A DNA stretch of 36,586 nt from Nitrospinota bacterium (GCA_030620925.1 JAUXIQ010000001.1:1-36586); one strand, 5' to 3'; numbered from the stretch's first letter, positions 16,274-25,480 are shown. The notes: generated from the letters alone by a model not told the origin. A program made the numbers and translations.

Positions 16274-17221
16274 TTACCCGGTTGTTTGACTGCGGATCTG
16301 GCTCAGGGCCTTCTCCAAGGTCTTGCAATCTTCGACGTTATGGGCCCTCGTACCGTCCCCTATGCGCCGCAACAGGCCGGAGAGGACCTTGCCCGGACCC
16401 ACCTCCAGGAACTCATCCATGCCCATCTCCAGCATTTTCCTCATGGACTGCTCCCAGAGCACGGGGGAACTCACCTGGTTAACCAGGGAAGGGCGAATCT
16501 GGTCGCCCTGCGTCACCGCTTCAGCGTTTACGTTGGCCACAACGGGAAATGCGGGAGCGCTGAAATCTATCTTCTGCAGGTCCGCCCCCAGTTTCTCCTT
16601 CACGGGCTTCATGAGGGAGGAATGAAAAGGGGCGCTCACCGAAAGCATCACGGCCTTCTTGGCTCCGTTGAGCTGGGATTGCTCAACGGCGTGCTCAACG
16701 GCTCTCTTTTGGCCGGAAATGACTATCTGCTCGGGGCTATTGTAGTTGGCGGGCGCCACCACTCCGAGGGAGGAAGCCTGCCTGCATACTTCCTCCACCT
16801 GCTCCGCCTCCATGCCCATAACGGCGGCCATGGCTCCCTCTCCCACGGGTACCGCCTCCTGCATGTATTCCCCGCGCTTGCGCACCACGGTTACCGCTTC
16901 CCTGAAGTTCATGGCCCCCGCCGCCGCCAGGGCGCTGTATTCACCGAGGCTGTGCCCTGCAGCCACCGCGGGCGTCACGCCTTCTTTTTCCAGCAACTTG
17001 CAGGCGATATAACTCACGGTGAGAATTGCAGGCTGGGTGTTGTAAGTCAGGCTGAGCTCTTCTTCGGGGCCCTGAAAACAGAGCGACGCCAGGTCTATGC
17101 CCAGGGCATCGTTTGCCTCCTCGAAAATCTCTCTGGCCAGTGGGTGGGCATCGTAAAAATCCTTCCCCATACCCACCTGCTGAGAACCCTGCCCCGGGAA
17201 AAGGAACGCGTAGTTTACCAT
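16274..17221 (-). CDS. fabD: Malonyl-CoA:ACP transacylase
   Basis: 315-aa ORF with FLFPGQGSQ and the active-site GHSLGEYSAL. Confidence 0.95.
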   Translation of the reverse strand: MVNYAFLFPGQGSQQVGMGKDFYDAHPLAREIFEEANDALGIDLASLCFQGPEEELSLTYNTQPAILTVSYIACKLLEKEGVTPAVAAGHSLGEYSALAAAGAMNFREAVTVVRKRGEYMQEAVPVGEGAMAAVMGMEAEQVEEVCRQASSLGVVAPANYNSPEQIVISGQKRAVEHAVEQSQLNGAKKAVMLSVSAPFHSSLMKPVKEKLGADLQKIDFSAPAFPVVANVNAEAVTQGDQIRPSLVNQVSSPVLWEQSMRKMLEMGMDEFLEVGPGKVLSGLLRRIGDGTRAHNVEDCKTLEKALSQIRSQTTG

Positions 17222-17327
17222 CTACTTTTCTGCCCCCTTAAAAGGCATCTTTCTGAGCCACAAGTGTTCAATTCAGTATCGGGCCGTCTTTAAGTGATAT
17301 CGACCCTTTAAAGTTGTATCTAAACGC

Positions 17328-18281
17328 TCAACCCGTTTTCAGGTTAAGCTTGTTGAGGCCGGCTATGGCCTCCACGGCTTCCGCCATTACCTGCTGGATA
17401 ATCTCGCTGACGGGTTTAATATCGCTGACAAGCCCCGAAATCTGGCCGGCCATCACCGAGCCATAATCTGTATCTCCATCGACCGCCGCCGCCTCCAGGC
17501 GGCCGGTGCCCAACTTGTCGTACTCCTCCATGGGCGCGCTCTCCTTTTCCAGTTGCTCAAACTGACGGGCGAGCTTGTTTTTTATGATCCTTACCGGGTG
17601 GCCCGTGGGCCTGCCGGTGACCACCGTGCCCCGGTCGGCAGCCTTGACTATAGCTTCTTTCCACGACTGGTGCACCGTACACTCCGAGGCGCAGACGAAC
17701 CGGGTGCCCATCTGGATTCCCTCCGCCCCCAGTGTGAGGGCGGCCAGAAGCCCCCTGCCGTCGGCGATGCCGCCGGCGGCAATCACTGGTATCTGCACCG
17801 CGTCCGACACCTGAGGCACCAGGGCCATGGTGGTCGTTTCGCCTATGTGGCCCCCGGCCTCCATCCCTTCGGCGATGAGCGCATCCACGCCCTGCTTCTC
17901 CAATCGTTTGGCCAGCGCAACCGAAGCCACCACGGGGATAACCTTGGTTCCCGCCTCTTTAAGGGGAGGGAGGTACTTGCCGGGGTTTCCGGCGCCGGTG
18001 GTGACTACGGGCACTTTTTCATCAATGATGATCTTGAAAATGTCGTCCACGTAAGGCGAAAGGAGCAAAACGTTCACACCGAAAGCCTTAGCGGTGAGCT
18101 CCTTAGCCTTTCGCACCTGTTCCCGAAGGAAATCGGGAGGATGGTTTCCGCAGGCGATTATTCCCAAGCCTCCGGCCTCTGAAACTGCGGCGGCCAGCTC
18201 GGCCGTGGATACCCAGGCCATTCCGCCCTGAAGGATGGGGTACTCCATGCCTAATAGATCACAAATCCTGGTGGCGAACAT
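17328..18281 (-). CDS. fabK: Enoyl-ACP reductase II (FMN-dependent, NPD/2-nitropropane-dioxygenase-like)
   Basis: 317-aa ORF with YPILQGGMAWVSTAELAAAVSEAGGLGII and GGIADGRG. Its position inside the fab cluster supports FabK rather than a generic NPD. Confidence 0.85.
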   Translation of the reverse strand: MFATRICDLLGMEYPILQGGMAWVSTAELAAAVSEAGGLGIIACGNHPPDFLREQVRKAKELTAKAFGVNVLLLSPYVDDIFKIIIDEKVPVVTTGAGNPGKYLPPLKEAGTKVIPVVASVALAKRLEKQGVDALIAEGMEAGGHIGETTTMALVPQVSDAVQIPVIAAGGIADGRGLLAALTLGAEGIQMGTRFVCASECTVHQSWKEAIVKAADRGTVVTGRPTGHPVRIIKNKLARQFEQLEKESAPMEEYDKLGTGRLEAAAVDGDTDYGSVMAGQISGLVSDIKPVSEIIQQVMAEAVEAIAGLNKLNLKTG

Positions 18282-18370
18282 GCACTACTCCGAAGAGCTA
18301 AGCGGGTATCCCGTTCGACCATCGTATGGTCACAATACGTGAAGGGAAGCCTCCAAAGGAAAGGGCCTTC

Positions 18371-19474
18371 TTACTTCTTGCCATGGGCATCTTGTCCCTG
18401 CCCGAAGGGTATGGATTCCTTAATGTTTCTCCAGATGCGGCCGCGCCGCTTGCCTATGACCTGTATTTCGGTGTTAAATTCCAGGTCTTCCTGGATACGC
18501 TCGTCTATCTTATTCACCACAAACTGCTGGGCGAGATGGACGGCGCTTTTGATGGCCTTGGGGGATGAGCGTCCGTGGGCGACGATGCAGGTGCCGTTGA
18601 CTCCCAGAAGGGGAGCGCCTCCGTATTCGGTATAGTCCATTATACTGCCTATCCTCTTCAGCTCCGGCTTCCACATGGAAAAACCGAGACGCCTGTACCA
18701 CGAGCCGTTAAAGGCGCTCTCCATGGCCCATTCGAACAGCTCGGCCACGCTCTCGCTGATTTTTATGGCTATGTTTCCCGCAAATCCGTCGCAAACGATC
18801 ACATCTGCATAACCTCGATAAACTTCTCGCCCTTCGATGTTTCCGATGAAGTTTATGGAACTGTTTTTGAGGAGTTGGAAGGCTACCTTGGTGGTTTCGT
18901 TGCCCTTGCTGTCTTCCTCTCCGATGCTCAGGAGCCCCACGGTGGGGCTGGGTTTATCGAAAATATATTTGGCGTACACACTGCCCATTATTCCGAATTG
19001 CTGCAACTGGGTGGGCCGGCAGTCCACATTTGCTCCCACGTCCAGAATAGTGGAGTGGCCCACCATGGTGGGCAGAATGGCGGCTAAGGCGGGTCTGTCT
19101 ATTCCTTTAAGGGGCCGCAGTATGAAGGTCGCTCCCGCCAGGCTGGCGCCGGTGTTGCCCGCGCTCACCACGGCCTGAGCCTCCCTGTATTTTACCAGTT
19201 CCAGGGCCCCCATGATGGATGACTGCCGTTTACGCCTGAAAGCCCTGCCCGGGTCTTCCTCCATCCCAATCACTTCAGGGGCGTGCCTAACCTCCACCAG
19301 GGCCTCATCGTATTCGTGCTCGGAGAGCTGCTTTTGGATGGCATCCTCCTGGCCCACCAGTACGACCGACAGGCCGTATTCCCGACAGGCCATCAAGGCG
19401 CCTTCCACGACCGACTGGGGGGCGTCGTCCCCTCCCATGGCGTCCACGGCTATTTTCAATTCTCTGCCGCTCAT
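18371..19474 (-). CDS. plsX: Phosphate:acyl-ACP acyltransferase
   Basis: 367-aa ORF with the IAVDAMGGD signature, in the conserved rpmF-plsX arrangement. Confidence 0.95.
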   Translation of the reverse strand: MSGRELKIAVDAMGGDDAPQSVVEGALMACREYGLSVVLVGQEDAIQKQLSEHEYDEALVEVRHAPEVIGMEEDPGRAFRRKRQSSIMGALELVKYREAQAVVSAGNTGASLAGATFILRPLKGIDRPALAAILPTMVGHSTILDVGANVDCRPTQLQQFGIMGSVYAKYIFDKPSPTVGLLSIGEEDSKGNETTKVAFQLLKNSSINFIGNIEGREVYRGYADVIVCDGFAGNIAIKISESVAELFEWAMESAFNGSWYRRLGFSMWKPELKRIGSIMDYTEYGGAPLLGVNGTCIVAHGRSSPKAIKSAVHLAQQFVVNKIDERIQEDLEFNTEIQVIGKRRGRIWRNIKESIPFGQGQDAHGKK

Positions 19475-19488
19475 GAATTACTAAAGCC

Positions 19489-19671
19489 TCACACTTCCTC
19501 TACGGGGAGGACTTCCCTCCCTGCGTAGAAACCGCAATTGGGGCATACCCTGTGCGGGAGCTTGGCCTCCTTGCACTGGGGACATTCCGACGTGGGCGGA
19601 AGATCAAGCCTCTTGTGCGTCCGGCGTTTATCTCTCCTGCTTTTTGAAGTCTTTCTCTTGGGGAGAGCCAT
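19489..19671 (-). CDS. rpmF: 50S ribosomal protein L32
   Basis: 60-aa ORF with [18 protein letters not shown] and a CxxC...CxxC zinc ribbon. Confidence 0.95.
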   Translation of the reverse strand: MALPKRKTSKSRRDKRRTHKRLDLPPTSECPQCKEAKLPHRVCPNCGFYAGREVLPVEEV

Positions 19672-19676
19672 TAATC

Positions 19677-20204
19677 CTATTCCTCACGCCCCCTCCTGAA
19701 GGCTTTCAGTGCCTCCAGCCTGGGGTCAACGTTTTCCTGTGGGCAACCACAGGCACCTTGGTTCAGGTTAGCGCCACACCCGGGACACAACCCCTTGCAA
19801 TCGGTTAAACAGAGGGGCTTCAAGAGTACTGCCAGCAGTATCTGATCCCTCAGGGCCTCCTCCAGATTCAGCCTGTCCTGAGTGTAATAATAGACGTCTG
19901 CATCTTCTTCGATGAGTTCTATCTCTTCCTCTTGAGGTCTCTCAACCCTTAAACGATATTCGACTTCAACTGGGGACGATACGGGAAGCTGAAAGTTTTC
20001 CAGGCATCTCGCGCAGACCACATCCACAGTGGTATTCAGATTGCCCCGGACTATTACGTCCTTCTCCAGCCTGTCCAATCGCCCCTTGAATTCCAGGTGG
20101 CCGGATACCCTTATCTCGTCTATTTCCAGCTGGATATCCTGCGGGGACTCCCGCAACTCAAGACGAAGACCATTATCTGGTATATCGGAAAAATTAACCC
20201 ACAC
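19677..20204 (-). CDS. yceD: YceD/DUF177 family protein (ribosome-maturation associated)
   Basis: 175-aa ORF with a GTG start preceded by GGAGGGG. It has the C-terminal Cys cluster [19 protein letters not shown] and the conserved position upstream of rpmF. Confidence 0.9.
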   Translation of the reverse strand: MWVNFSDIPDNGLRLELRESPQDIQLEIDEIRVSGHLEFKGRLDRLEKDVIVRGNLNTTVDVVCARCLENFQLPVSSPVEVEYRLRVERPQEEEIELIEEDADVYYYTQDRLNLEEALRDQILLAVLLKPLCLTDCKGLCPGCGANLNQGACGCPQENVDPRLEALKAFRRGREE

Positions 20205-20294
20205 TTTACCCCTCCGGTTGATTAATTATCGGGAACCGCTCCGAGGGGACATGCGCAGGGGTTACTCGCTTTCTGTGTGGTGAAAATCAGAATA

Positions 20295-20323
20295 ATTATA
20301 TCTTTGAAAGCGCCCCCTGTCAA
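20295..20323 (-). promoter_or_regulatory. Consensus sigma70 promoter of the yceD-rpmF-plsX-fab operon
   Basis: The minus strand reads TTGACA (20323-20318), exactly 17 nt, then TATAAT (20300-20295). Both hexamers are perfect. It lies ~90 nt upstream of the yceD GTG. Confidence 0.6.
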
Positions 20324-20632
20324 GCAAAAAGGCTTACTCGCAGGAAAAAGTAAAAAGCATGATTTTAAAGAACATTTCACTACGGATATTATATTTGAGC
20401 AACGCTTCATTTCAACAAAACCCACTCATGCAGAATATTTTTAAAGTATCCCCCCTGCCCGGACGGGCACGCGCCGCTGAACCTCGGACAATACAAGTCC
20501 TCCCTTTTTCAGGGGAGAAAAAGGGGGGTTTCCCCTATAAACGCTATACTACCCTGAAATTCTCTCTCCGGATGCCCCGCGCCATTCTACTCTATTTCGG
20601 TATGGACTTCGGAAAGCGTCGCATCCGGTCCG

Positions 20633-20866
20633 TCAGCAGAGATTTTCCTTTCTATAACCCTGAAGGATGGCCGCCATCCTGTCTTTGCCGGCCAGCTTTA
20701 TCTTCTGAAGCTTCTTTTTCTCCTGTTCCTCCTGCGTGTTCAGATACCTGATCCTGGTATACTCTTCAAGCTTCTTCTCAAGGGTCTGATGTTCGGTGAA
20801 GAGTTTGTCGAACTCGTCGCTCTCCTTCCTCACCCTCTCCACAAGCTCTGTTTCTTCCTCAAACAT
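20633..20866 (-). CDS. DUF465 (YdcH-like) small coiled-coil protein
   Basis: 77-aa ORF with the pattern ...EHQTLEKKLEEY......EEQEKKKLQKIKLAGKDRM, typical of DUF465. Confidence 0.75.
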   Translation of the reverse strand: MFEEETELVERVRKESDEFDKLFTEHQTLEKKLEEYTRIRYLNTQEEQEKKKLQKIKLAGKDRMAAILQGYRKENLC

Positions 20867-20900
20867 ATCGTTCCTCCCTATGCTTGATGGCCGGAACGCT

Positions 20901-21617
20901 TTAGGCGCCCCTCTTCGATCCCGAAACGGTTACGGCACTCCGTTGTCCATGTTTCAACTCGGCCTCTGAAGGCCTTATGTAGATGGGCTCCACCTCCTTA
21001 GCCGCCCGCCCGCTGTGCAGCATTTCCTGGCCCAACCTGGCTACCTGTGCAGCGGTGGAAACACCGGAGAAATGTTCGTGGAGTATTGCTTTCTCGCCCA
21101 GCCGGCTCCTGAAAAGGTCCCCGTAGGCCCTGATCCCGTCTCCGGTAAAAAGCGTAGGCTCTTTTATCAGCTCACACAGGGCCTCGGGCTCCAGCACCAT
21201 GTCTTCAGTGACGCGCCTCAACGCCTCCCCCTCTATCACAAACAGGGCGCAATAGACCTCTTTTTTCCTGGCGTCGATGACGGGGCAGACCTGTTTATCG
21301 ACGTGGACCTTGGTCAGCGCCATCGCCTCCAGCGTGGGCACGCCCACCGCCGTCTTCCCCGTGGCAAGGCTGAGGCCTTTAATTACGCTCAGCCCTATGC
21401 GCAGGCCGGTGAAAGAGCCCGGCCCTGCGGCCACACAGAAACCGTCGATATCCTGCAACTTGAGATGTGCTTGAGCTAAGAGGAAGTCGATCAGGGGAAG
21501 GACTTTCCTGGAATGCGATATGCCATCGTCTAAAAAATAGTCCGCCAGCAGATGGAAATCTTCCATTAAGGCCGCGCTGGCGGCAAGAGTAGAGGTATCT
21601 AAACCCAGAACGCGCAT
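20901..21617 (-). CDS. tsaB: tRNA t6A37 threonylcarbamoyl-transfer complex protein TsaB (YeaZ)
   Basis: 238-aa ORF starting MRVLGLDTSTLAASAAL and carrying GPGSFTGLRIG. Confidence 0.9.
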   Translation of the reverse strand: MRVLGLDTSTLAASAALMEDFHLLADYFLDDGISHSRKVLPLIDFLLAQAHLKLQDIDGFCVAAGPGSFTGLRIGLSVIKGLSLATGKTAVGVPTLEAMALTKVHVDKQVCPVIDARKKEVYCALFVIEGEALRRVTEDMVLEPEALCELIKEPTLFTGDGIRAYGDLFRSRLGEKAILHEHFSGVSTAAQVARLGQEMLHSGRAAKEVEPIYIRPSEAELKHGQRSAVTVSGSKRGA

Positions 21618-21722
21618 AAAACCTTTTTTCTTCGGTTTAGGCCTACCAGACTATCAGACCGCTACCCCACAATGCCTCCCTTAACCTGAAGTTTTCAGGA
21701 GGCGTACACTCTATTCACAACT

Positions 21723-21751
21723 ATTGTAATGCTCTTAACCGGTTTAGTCAA
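21723..21751 (-). promoter_or_regulatory. Candidate sigma70 promoter for tsaB
   Basis: The minus strand reads TTGACT (21751-21746), 17 nt, then TACAAT (21728-21723), ~100 nt upstream of the tsaB ATG. Confidence 0.5.
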
Positions 21752-21810
21752 GGAAGCCTTCGCCCTATTTCCGCTTGTCGCCCGTAAACCGGTTATTTTC
21801 AACTCTCAAT

Positions 21811-21840
21811 ATACTTCAATTCCGCATACTTCAATTCCGC
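21811..21840. repeat. Perfect tandem duplication of a 15-mer
   Basis: ATACTTCAATTCCGC occurs at 21811-21825 and again at 21826-21840. Confidence 0.9.
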
Positions 21841-21882
21841 CGGTCGATATGGCACCCGGTGAATCCCTGACGGGCTCATGGC

Positions 21883-23151
21883 CTAACTCGCCGCTTTGCT
21901 CTCCATCAGCTCGTCAAGAAACCTGTCAACTTTGGCCAGCGTGTCTTCTTCGTTGAAATCCCGCGGGTCCGCATTGCTGGCCTGAAAAACCATGCAGGGG
22001 ACGCCTGTATCCTGTTCAACGCTGCGCACCAGGTCCAGCCTGGCGCACGAGAGGTTCTTGCACCCCGCGTTGGAATGGATGAGGCAGCCGTCAACGCTGT
22101 AATCCCTCACGATCTGCGAGAACTGCCTGGTCTTAGCCGGGAGGTTGTGCCTCAGAGAGCTGCGCAGGTATTCCTTGGCCACCTCGCGGATGGCCTCCTG
22201 GATACTGGTGGGTTCGCTCTGTGCAACCAAGGCCTCGGCCTCCGGGGAAATCCCCGCCTGGGCCAGATTGCCGCCGCCGAAACCCAGCACGTAGGGCGAG
22301 ACTACCACCACCGCTCCCTTCTGCTCCACGTAGTTGAATATCTGCATGTAGTACCACATGGGGATGTTATCCCACAGGAGACGGACTTTTTCCTCCGGCA
22401 CTGCGGCGATGCCCTTCTTCACGCGTTCCTCCAGCTCGTCGAGGAGCATGTGGTAGAAATCCACCGCTTCTTTGGTCCCCTTGAGGGAGACCGCGGGCAT
22501 CATGAGGGAAAGCTGACTCTTGAAATTGAGCGGTGCGGGGACTTTTTGGCAGAACTCCAGCACCTCGGTCCAGAGCTCCCCGGCCTGCTGTGACAGCTTT
22601 ATAAACTCTACGAACTTCTCCTCGTCGGCCTTCCTGCCCAACATCTTTTCCAGGGACTCCAGGAACTCTGTGAGCTGATCCTCCAGATACTTCAAGTGGT
22701 GGGGGCCGGGTTCCTCGTAGAGCATAGGCGCGTCGATGGCGATGTAGGGTTTGTTTTTTATGCGGGCCAGTATCTCAAACCAGGTGATGTGGTCGTTGCA
22801 GCCGCTCTTGGTGCCCATGATGAAATCGGGTTCTGGCATCTCCCCCAGGGGCCCCTTGTTCTTCAACACCGAGCCCACGAAGTTTCTCGAGTAGGCGCAG
22901 AAGCTTCGGCCGAAACCGTACTCCTCGGTGGTTGCCATCAACTCCTCGGATAGCTGGTGTGCCGTACACAGAGCCCCGTATGGCTCGCCCAATATGGGCA
23001 CGATATCCATGGCCCTGATGATGTCACAGGGTATGCTGGCCCCGCCCCACACGATGGTCTTTCCTTCCGATTTTGCCCCGCGCTGCTTCTCGTAAAAATT
23101 GTTGGCCAGCTCTTTGCAAACCTTCCAACTCTGTAGCGGCTCTGTTAGCAC
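21883..23151 (-). CDS. 2-hydroxyacyl-CoA dehydratase / benzoyl-CoA reductase family subunit (HgdB/BcrB-BadE-like)
   Basis: 422-aa ORF with a GTG start preceded by GGGAGGG. Family-typical strings are EGKTIVWGGASIPCDIIRAMDIVPI, FCAYSRN and HSNAGCKNLSC. Confidence 0.8.
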   Translation of the reverse strand: MLTEPLQSWKVCKELANNFYEKQRGAKSEGKTIVWGGASIPCDIIRAMDIVPILGEPYGALCTAHQLSEELMATTEEYGFGRSFCAYSRNFVGSVLKNKGPLGEMPEPDFIMGTKSGCNDHITWFEILARIKNKPYIAIDAPMLYEEPGPHHLKYLEDQLTEFLESLEKMLGRKADEEKFVEFIKLSQQAGELWTEVLEFCQKVPAPLNFKSQLSLMMPAVSLKGTKEAVDFYHMLLDELEERVKKGIAAVPEEKVRLLWDNIPMWYYMQIFNYVEQKGAVVVVSPYVLGFGGGNLAQAGISPEAEALVAQSEPTSIQEAIREVAKEYLRSSLRHNLPAKTRQFSQIVRDYSVDGCLIHSNAGCKNLSCARLDLVRSVEQDTGVPCMVFQASNADPRDFNEEDTLAKVDRFLDELMESKAAS

Positions 23152-23236
23152 TTCGGTTTCCCTCCCTGTTAAGCCTATAAGAAAGAGGCTCCGGATTCTT
23201 CAGCCGTCATCCCTCACAATAAATTCACCTTATCGA

Positions 23237-24337
23237 TTAAAGCTTGGACTTCAGCTCGTCCACCGCATTCCTGATATTATCGGGGGAAAAGACTTCGTCA
23301 AGCTCCACTTTCACCACTGGGATATCCCTCTGTTTCAGCGTTTCCAGGATGAAGGGCATATCCCACTCGTTGGGGTCGCAGTGCCTGGGATGCAGCACCA
23401 GAGCCCCCTCGACTTTAAACTCTTCAGCCATATTTCCCAGATGGGCCATGCGCCCTGCGGCGGGTCTTTTTATGGGGCAATTGACGCCGGTGAGATAGCG
23501 ACGGGCGATGGCGGCCAGTGGGTCCCCGTTCTCATCCACGTTTTCCCAGACCAGCCTGGTGCCGGTGCACAGCTCATCAACCACCACCCTCGCCCCGGCC
23601 TCTTCAATGGCTTTCACCACCTCCGGATCGTGCAATTCCGTCCCCAGGAGCATTAACCGGGGGCCTGCTCCGGCGGGGTCTTCACGTTCGCCCAACTCTC
23701 TCAGGAAACCCGCCAGAAGGTCGTTATGCTCCTCCTTAGGGGCCACCGTGCTGGACATAACGGCGGCGAATACCTCCGCCCCCGACACCAGAGGCTCTTC
23801 GGCCATCTGGAGACCGTATATCTCTTTCAGCAGGGCCCTGTTCCTGTTGTGAAGCTTTATGGAAGCCATGAGGTTTTCTTTCGTTATGCGCGCATCGAAT
23901 GCGCTCTCCAGGCTGCCGGAAAAATTTTTCAGCTCTTCAACGAAGAACTCCTGTGCCTGGGGGAGGTCCGTCTGGCTGGGCATGTCGATGAAACGCGTGT
24001 AGCCCACCTCCATGTTGGCCCCCCAGCTATCGTAGATTGCGCGGCCATGTTCACAGGTATAGGGGAATATCAGGCCCTCCAGGTAATCGTAACTTCCCTT
24101 CAAGGCCTCATCCACAACCCCGTGGCAATGCTGGCAGTAATAGGGCTGGATGTGTTCCTTGCTCAGCTTGTAGGGGCCACCGGGGCCGAAGACGCGCACC
24201 GGCTGCAGGCCCGCGGCATATACTATCTCTTCCAGACCATAGGAACAGATATACCCGATTATCTTCTTCCCTTCACCTTTCCATCTATTAGCGTTTTCGT
24301 GCCTGCGCTCAAGCAGATTTTCAAAGTTGTCGGTCAT
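23237..24337 (-). CDS. 2-hydroxyacyl-CoA dehydratase / benzoyl-CoA reductase family subunit (HgdA/BcrC-BadD-like)
   Basis: The ORF-track start is TTG 24361. I prefer ATG 24337 (MTDNFENLLERR...). Supporting strings are GKKIIGYICSYGLEEIVYAAGLQPVRV, CEHGR, CTGTR and HPRHCDPNEWD. Confidence 0.8.
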   Translation of the reverse strand: MTDNFENLLERRHENANRWKGEGKKIIGYICSYGLEEIVYAAGLQPVRVFGPGGPYKLSKEHIQPYYCQHCHGVVDEALKGSYDYLEGLIFPYTCEHGRAIYDSWGANMEVGYTRFIDMPSQTDLPQAQEFFVEELKNFSGSLESAFDARITKENLMASIKLHNRNRALLKEIYGLQMAEEPLVSGAEVFAAVMSSTVAPKEEHNDLLAGFLRELGEREDPAGAGPRLMLLGTELHDPEVVKAIEEAGARVVVDELCTGTRLVWENVDENGDPLAAIARRYLTGVNCPIKRPAAGRMAHLGNMAEEFKVEGALVLHPRHCDPNEWDMPFILETLKQRDIPVVKVELDEVFSPDNIRNAVDELKSKL

Positions 24338-24404
24338 TTCCACTAATCCCCCGTTATTCAAACCGAAAGCTATATCCTGGATAAGACTTCAGACAGCGTG
24401 GACA

Positions 24405-24432
24405 ATTTTAACAGGTCAACAGGATTTGGCAA
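24405..24432 (-). promoter_or_regulatory. Candidate sigma70 promoter for the dehydratase gene pair
   Basis: The minus strand reads TTGCCA (24432-24427), 16 nt, then TAAAAT (24410-24405). It lies in the 139-nt gap after the MoxR gene. Confidence 0.4.
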
Positions 24433-24500
24433 GGCTAAAGGACTCGTTCTCAAGATATTCAGTCATCGCTGTTCGGCTTTACCCTCCCCGGCAAGCGCCC

Positions 24501-25457
24501 TTAACTCTCAGGGACCTTCTTAAGCACCTCATCTATTATACGGGCCGGCTCGATTCCTTCGGCTTCTCCCTCGAAGTTGAGTATTATACGATGACAAAGG
24601 CTGGGGGGCGTCATCCTGCGCACATCTTCAAGGCTGGCGTTATACCGCCCTTCCATCAACGCCCTCGCTTTGGACGCCATGATCACGCTCTGGAGGCCGC
24701 GAGGGCTGGAGCCGTACTTGACGAACCTGCGCACGTCGTCGGGGGCGCCTTCGTTTTGCGGGTGAGTGGCTATCACCAGGCGGAGGGCATAATCTTTAAC
24801 GCCGCTGGACACGGGCACCTCGCGCACCAGTTCCTTGAGTGGGTAGATGGAATCCGCATCCAGCACGGTACTCAGCTCCGCCAGATGGGGGGAGGTGGTG
24901 CGCTCCGCTATCTCCAGCAGCTCTTCTTTGCTGGGATAGAGGACCTGCAGTTTAAAAAAGAACCTGTCCATCTGTGCTTCCGGCAAGGGATACGTTCCCT
25001 CCATCTCGATGGGGTTCTGCGTTGCGATCACCATGAATGGATCGCCCAGCGGATACTCGATTCCGGCCACCGTTACGGTCTGCTCCTGCATGGCTTCCAG
25101 CAGGGCGGACTGTGTTTTGGGCGTAGCCCGGTTTATCTCATCGGCCAGGACGATGCTGGCGAAGATTGGCCCCTTTTGAAACTGAAAATACTTCCCCTTT
25201 TCCTCATCCTGCATAACTATGTTGGTGCCGGTTAGGTCCGCGGGCATGAGGTCGGGCGTGAACTGCACCCGGGAGAACTTGAGATTAAGCACCTTGCTCA
25301 GGCTCTTCACCAGCAAGGTCTTCCCCAGGCCCGGAACGCCTTCCAGCAACGCATGGCCGCCGCAGAGGAGGCAGGTTATCACCCCCTCGATGACTTCCTC
25401 CTGTCCGACGATGGCCTTGCCCAACTCCCCTCGCAGGAGGGATAGGGCCTCCATCAT
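24501..25457 (-). CDS. MoxR-family AAA+ ATPase
   Basis: 318-aa ORF with Walker A GVPGLGKT and Walker B plus the family string VLADEINRATPKTQSALLEAMQE. Overall it has the MoxR/AAA_3 pattern. Confidence 0.93.
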   Translation of the reverse strand: MMEALSLLRGELGKAIVGQEEVIEGVITCLLCGGHALLEGVPGLGKTLLVKSLSKVLNLKFSRVQFTPDLMPADLTGTNIVMQDEEKGKYFQFQKGPIFASIVLADEINRATPKTQSALLEAMQEQTVTVAGIEYPLGDPFMVIATQNPIEMEGTYPLPEAQMDRFFFKLQVLYPSKEELLEIAERTTSPHLAELSTVLDADSIYPLKELVREVPVSSGVKDYALRLVIATHPQNEGAPDDVRRFVKYGSSPRGLQSVIMASKARALMEGRYNASLEDVRRMTPPSLCHRIILNFEGEAEGIEPARIIDEVLKKVPES

Positions 25458-25480
25458 TCTCTCTACTTTCTCCTCTGTCT

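Noticed and set aside
16259-17293. 344-aa plus-strand ORF, and similar long ORFs at 1750-2445 (-), 14049-14756 (+), 14803-15528 (+), 17553-18182 (+), 24327-25235 (+), 27604-28431 (+), 33797-34726 (-) and 36079-36522 (-)
   Set aside because: Each lies antisense to a CDS with an unmistakable family signature (fabD, hyuB, fabF, fabK, MoxR, the Mo-oxidoreductase and others). The products are Arg/Gly/His/Pro/Leu-rich with no motifs, as expected for accidentally open antisense frames in GC-rich DNA.
20222-20751. 67-aa minus-strand and 130-aa plus-strand ORFs in the yceD-DUF465 gap
   Set aside because: They have no SD and odd composition (Cys/Phe/Ser/Pro-rich). The 130-aa frame runs antisense into the DUF465 gene and across the consensus promoter. 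I treat the region as non-coding.
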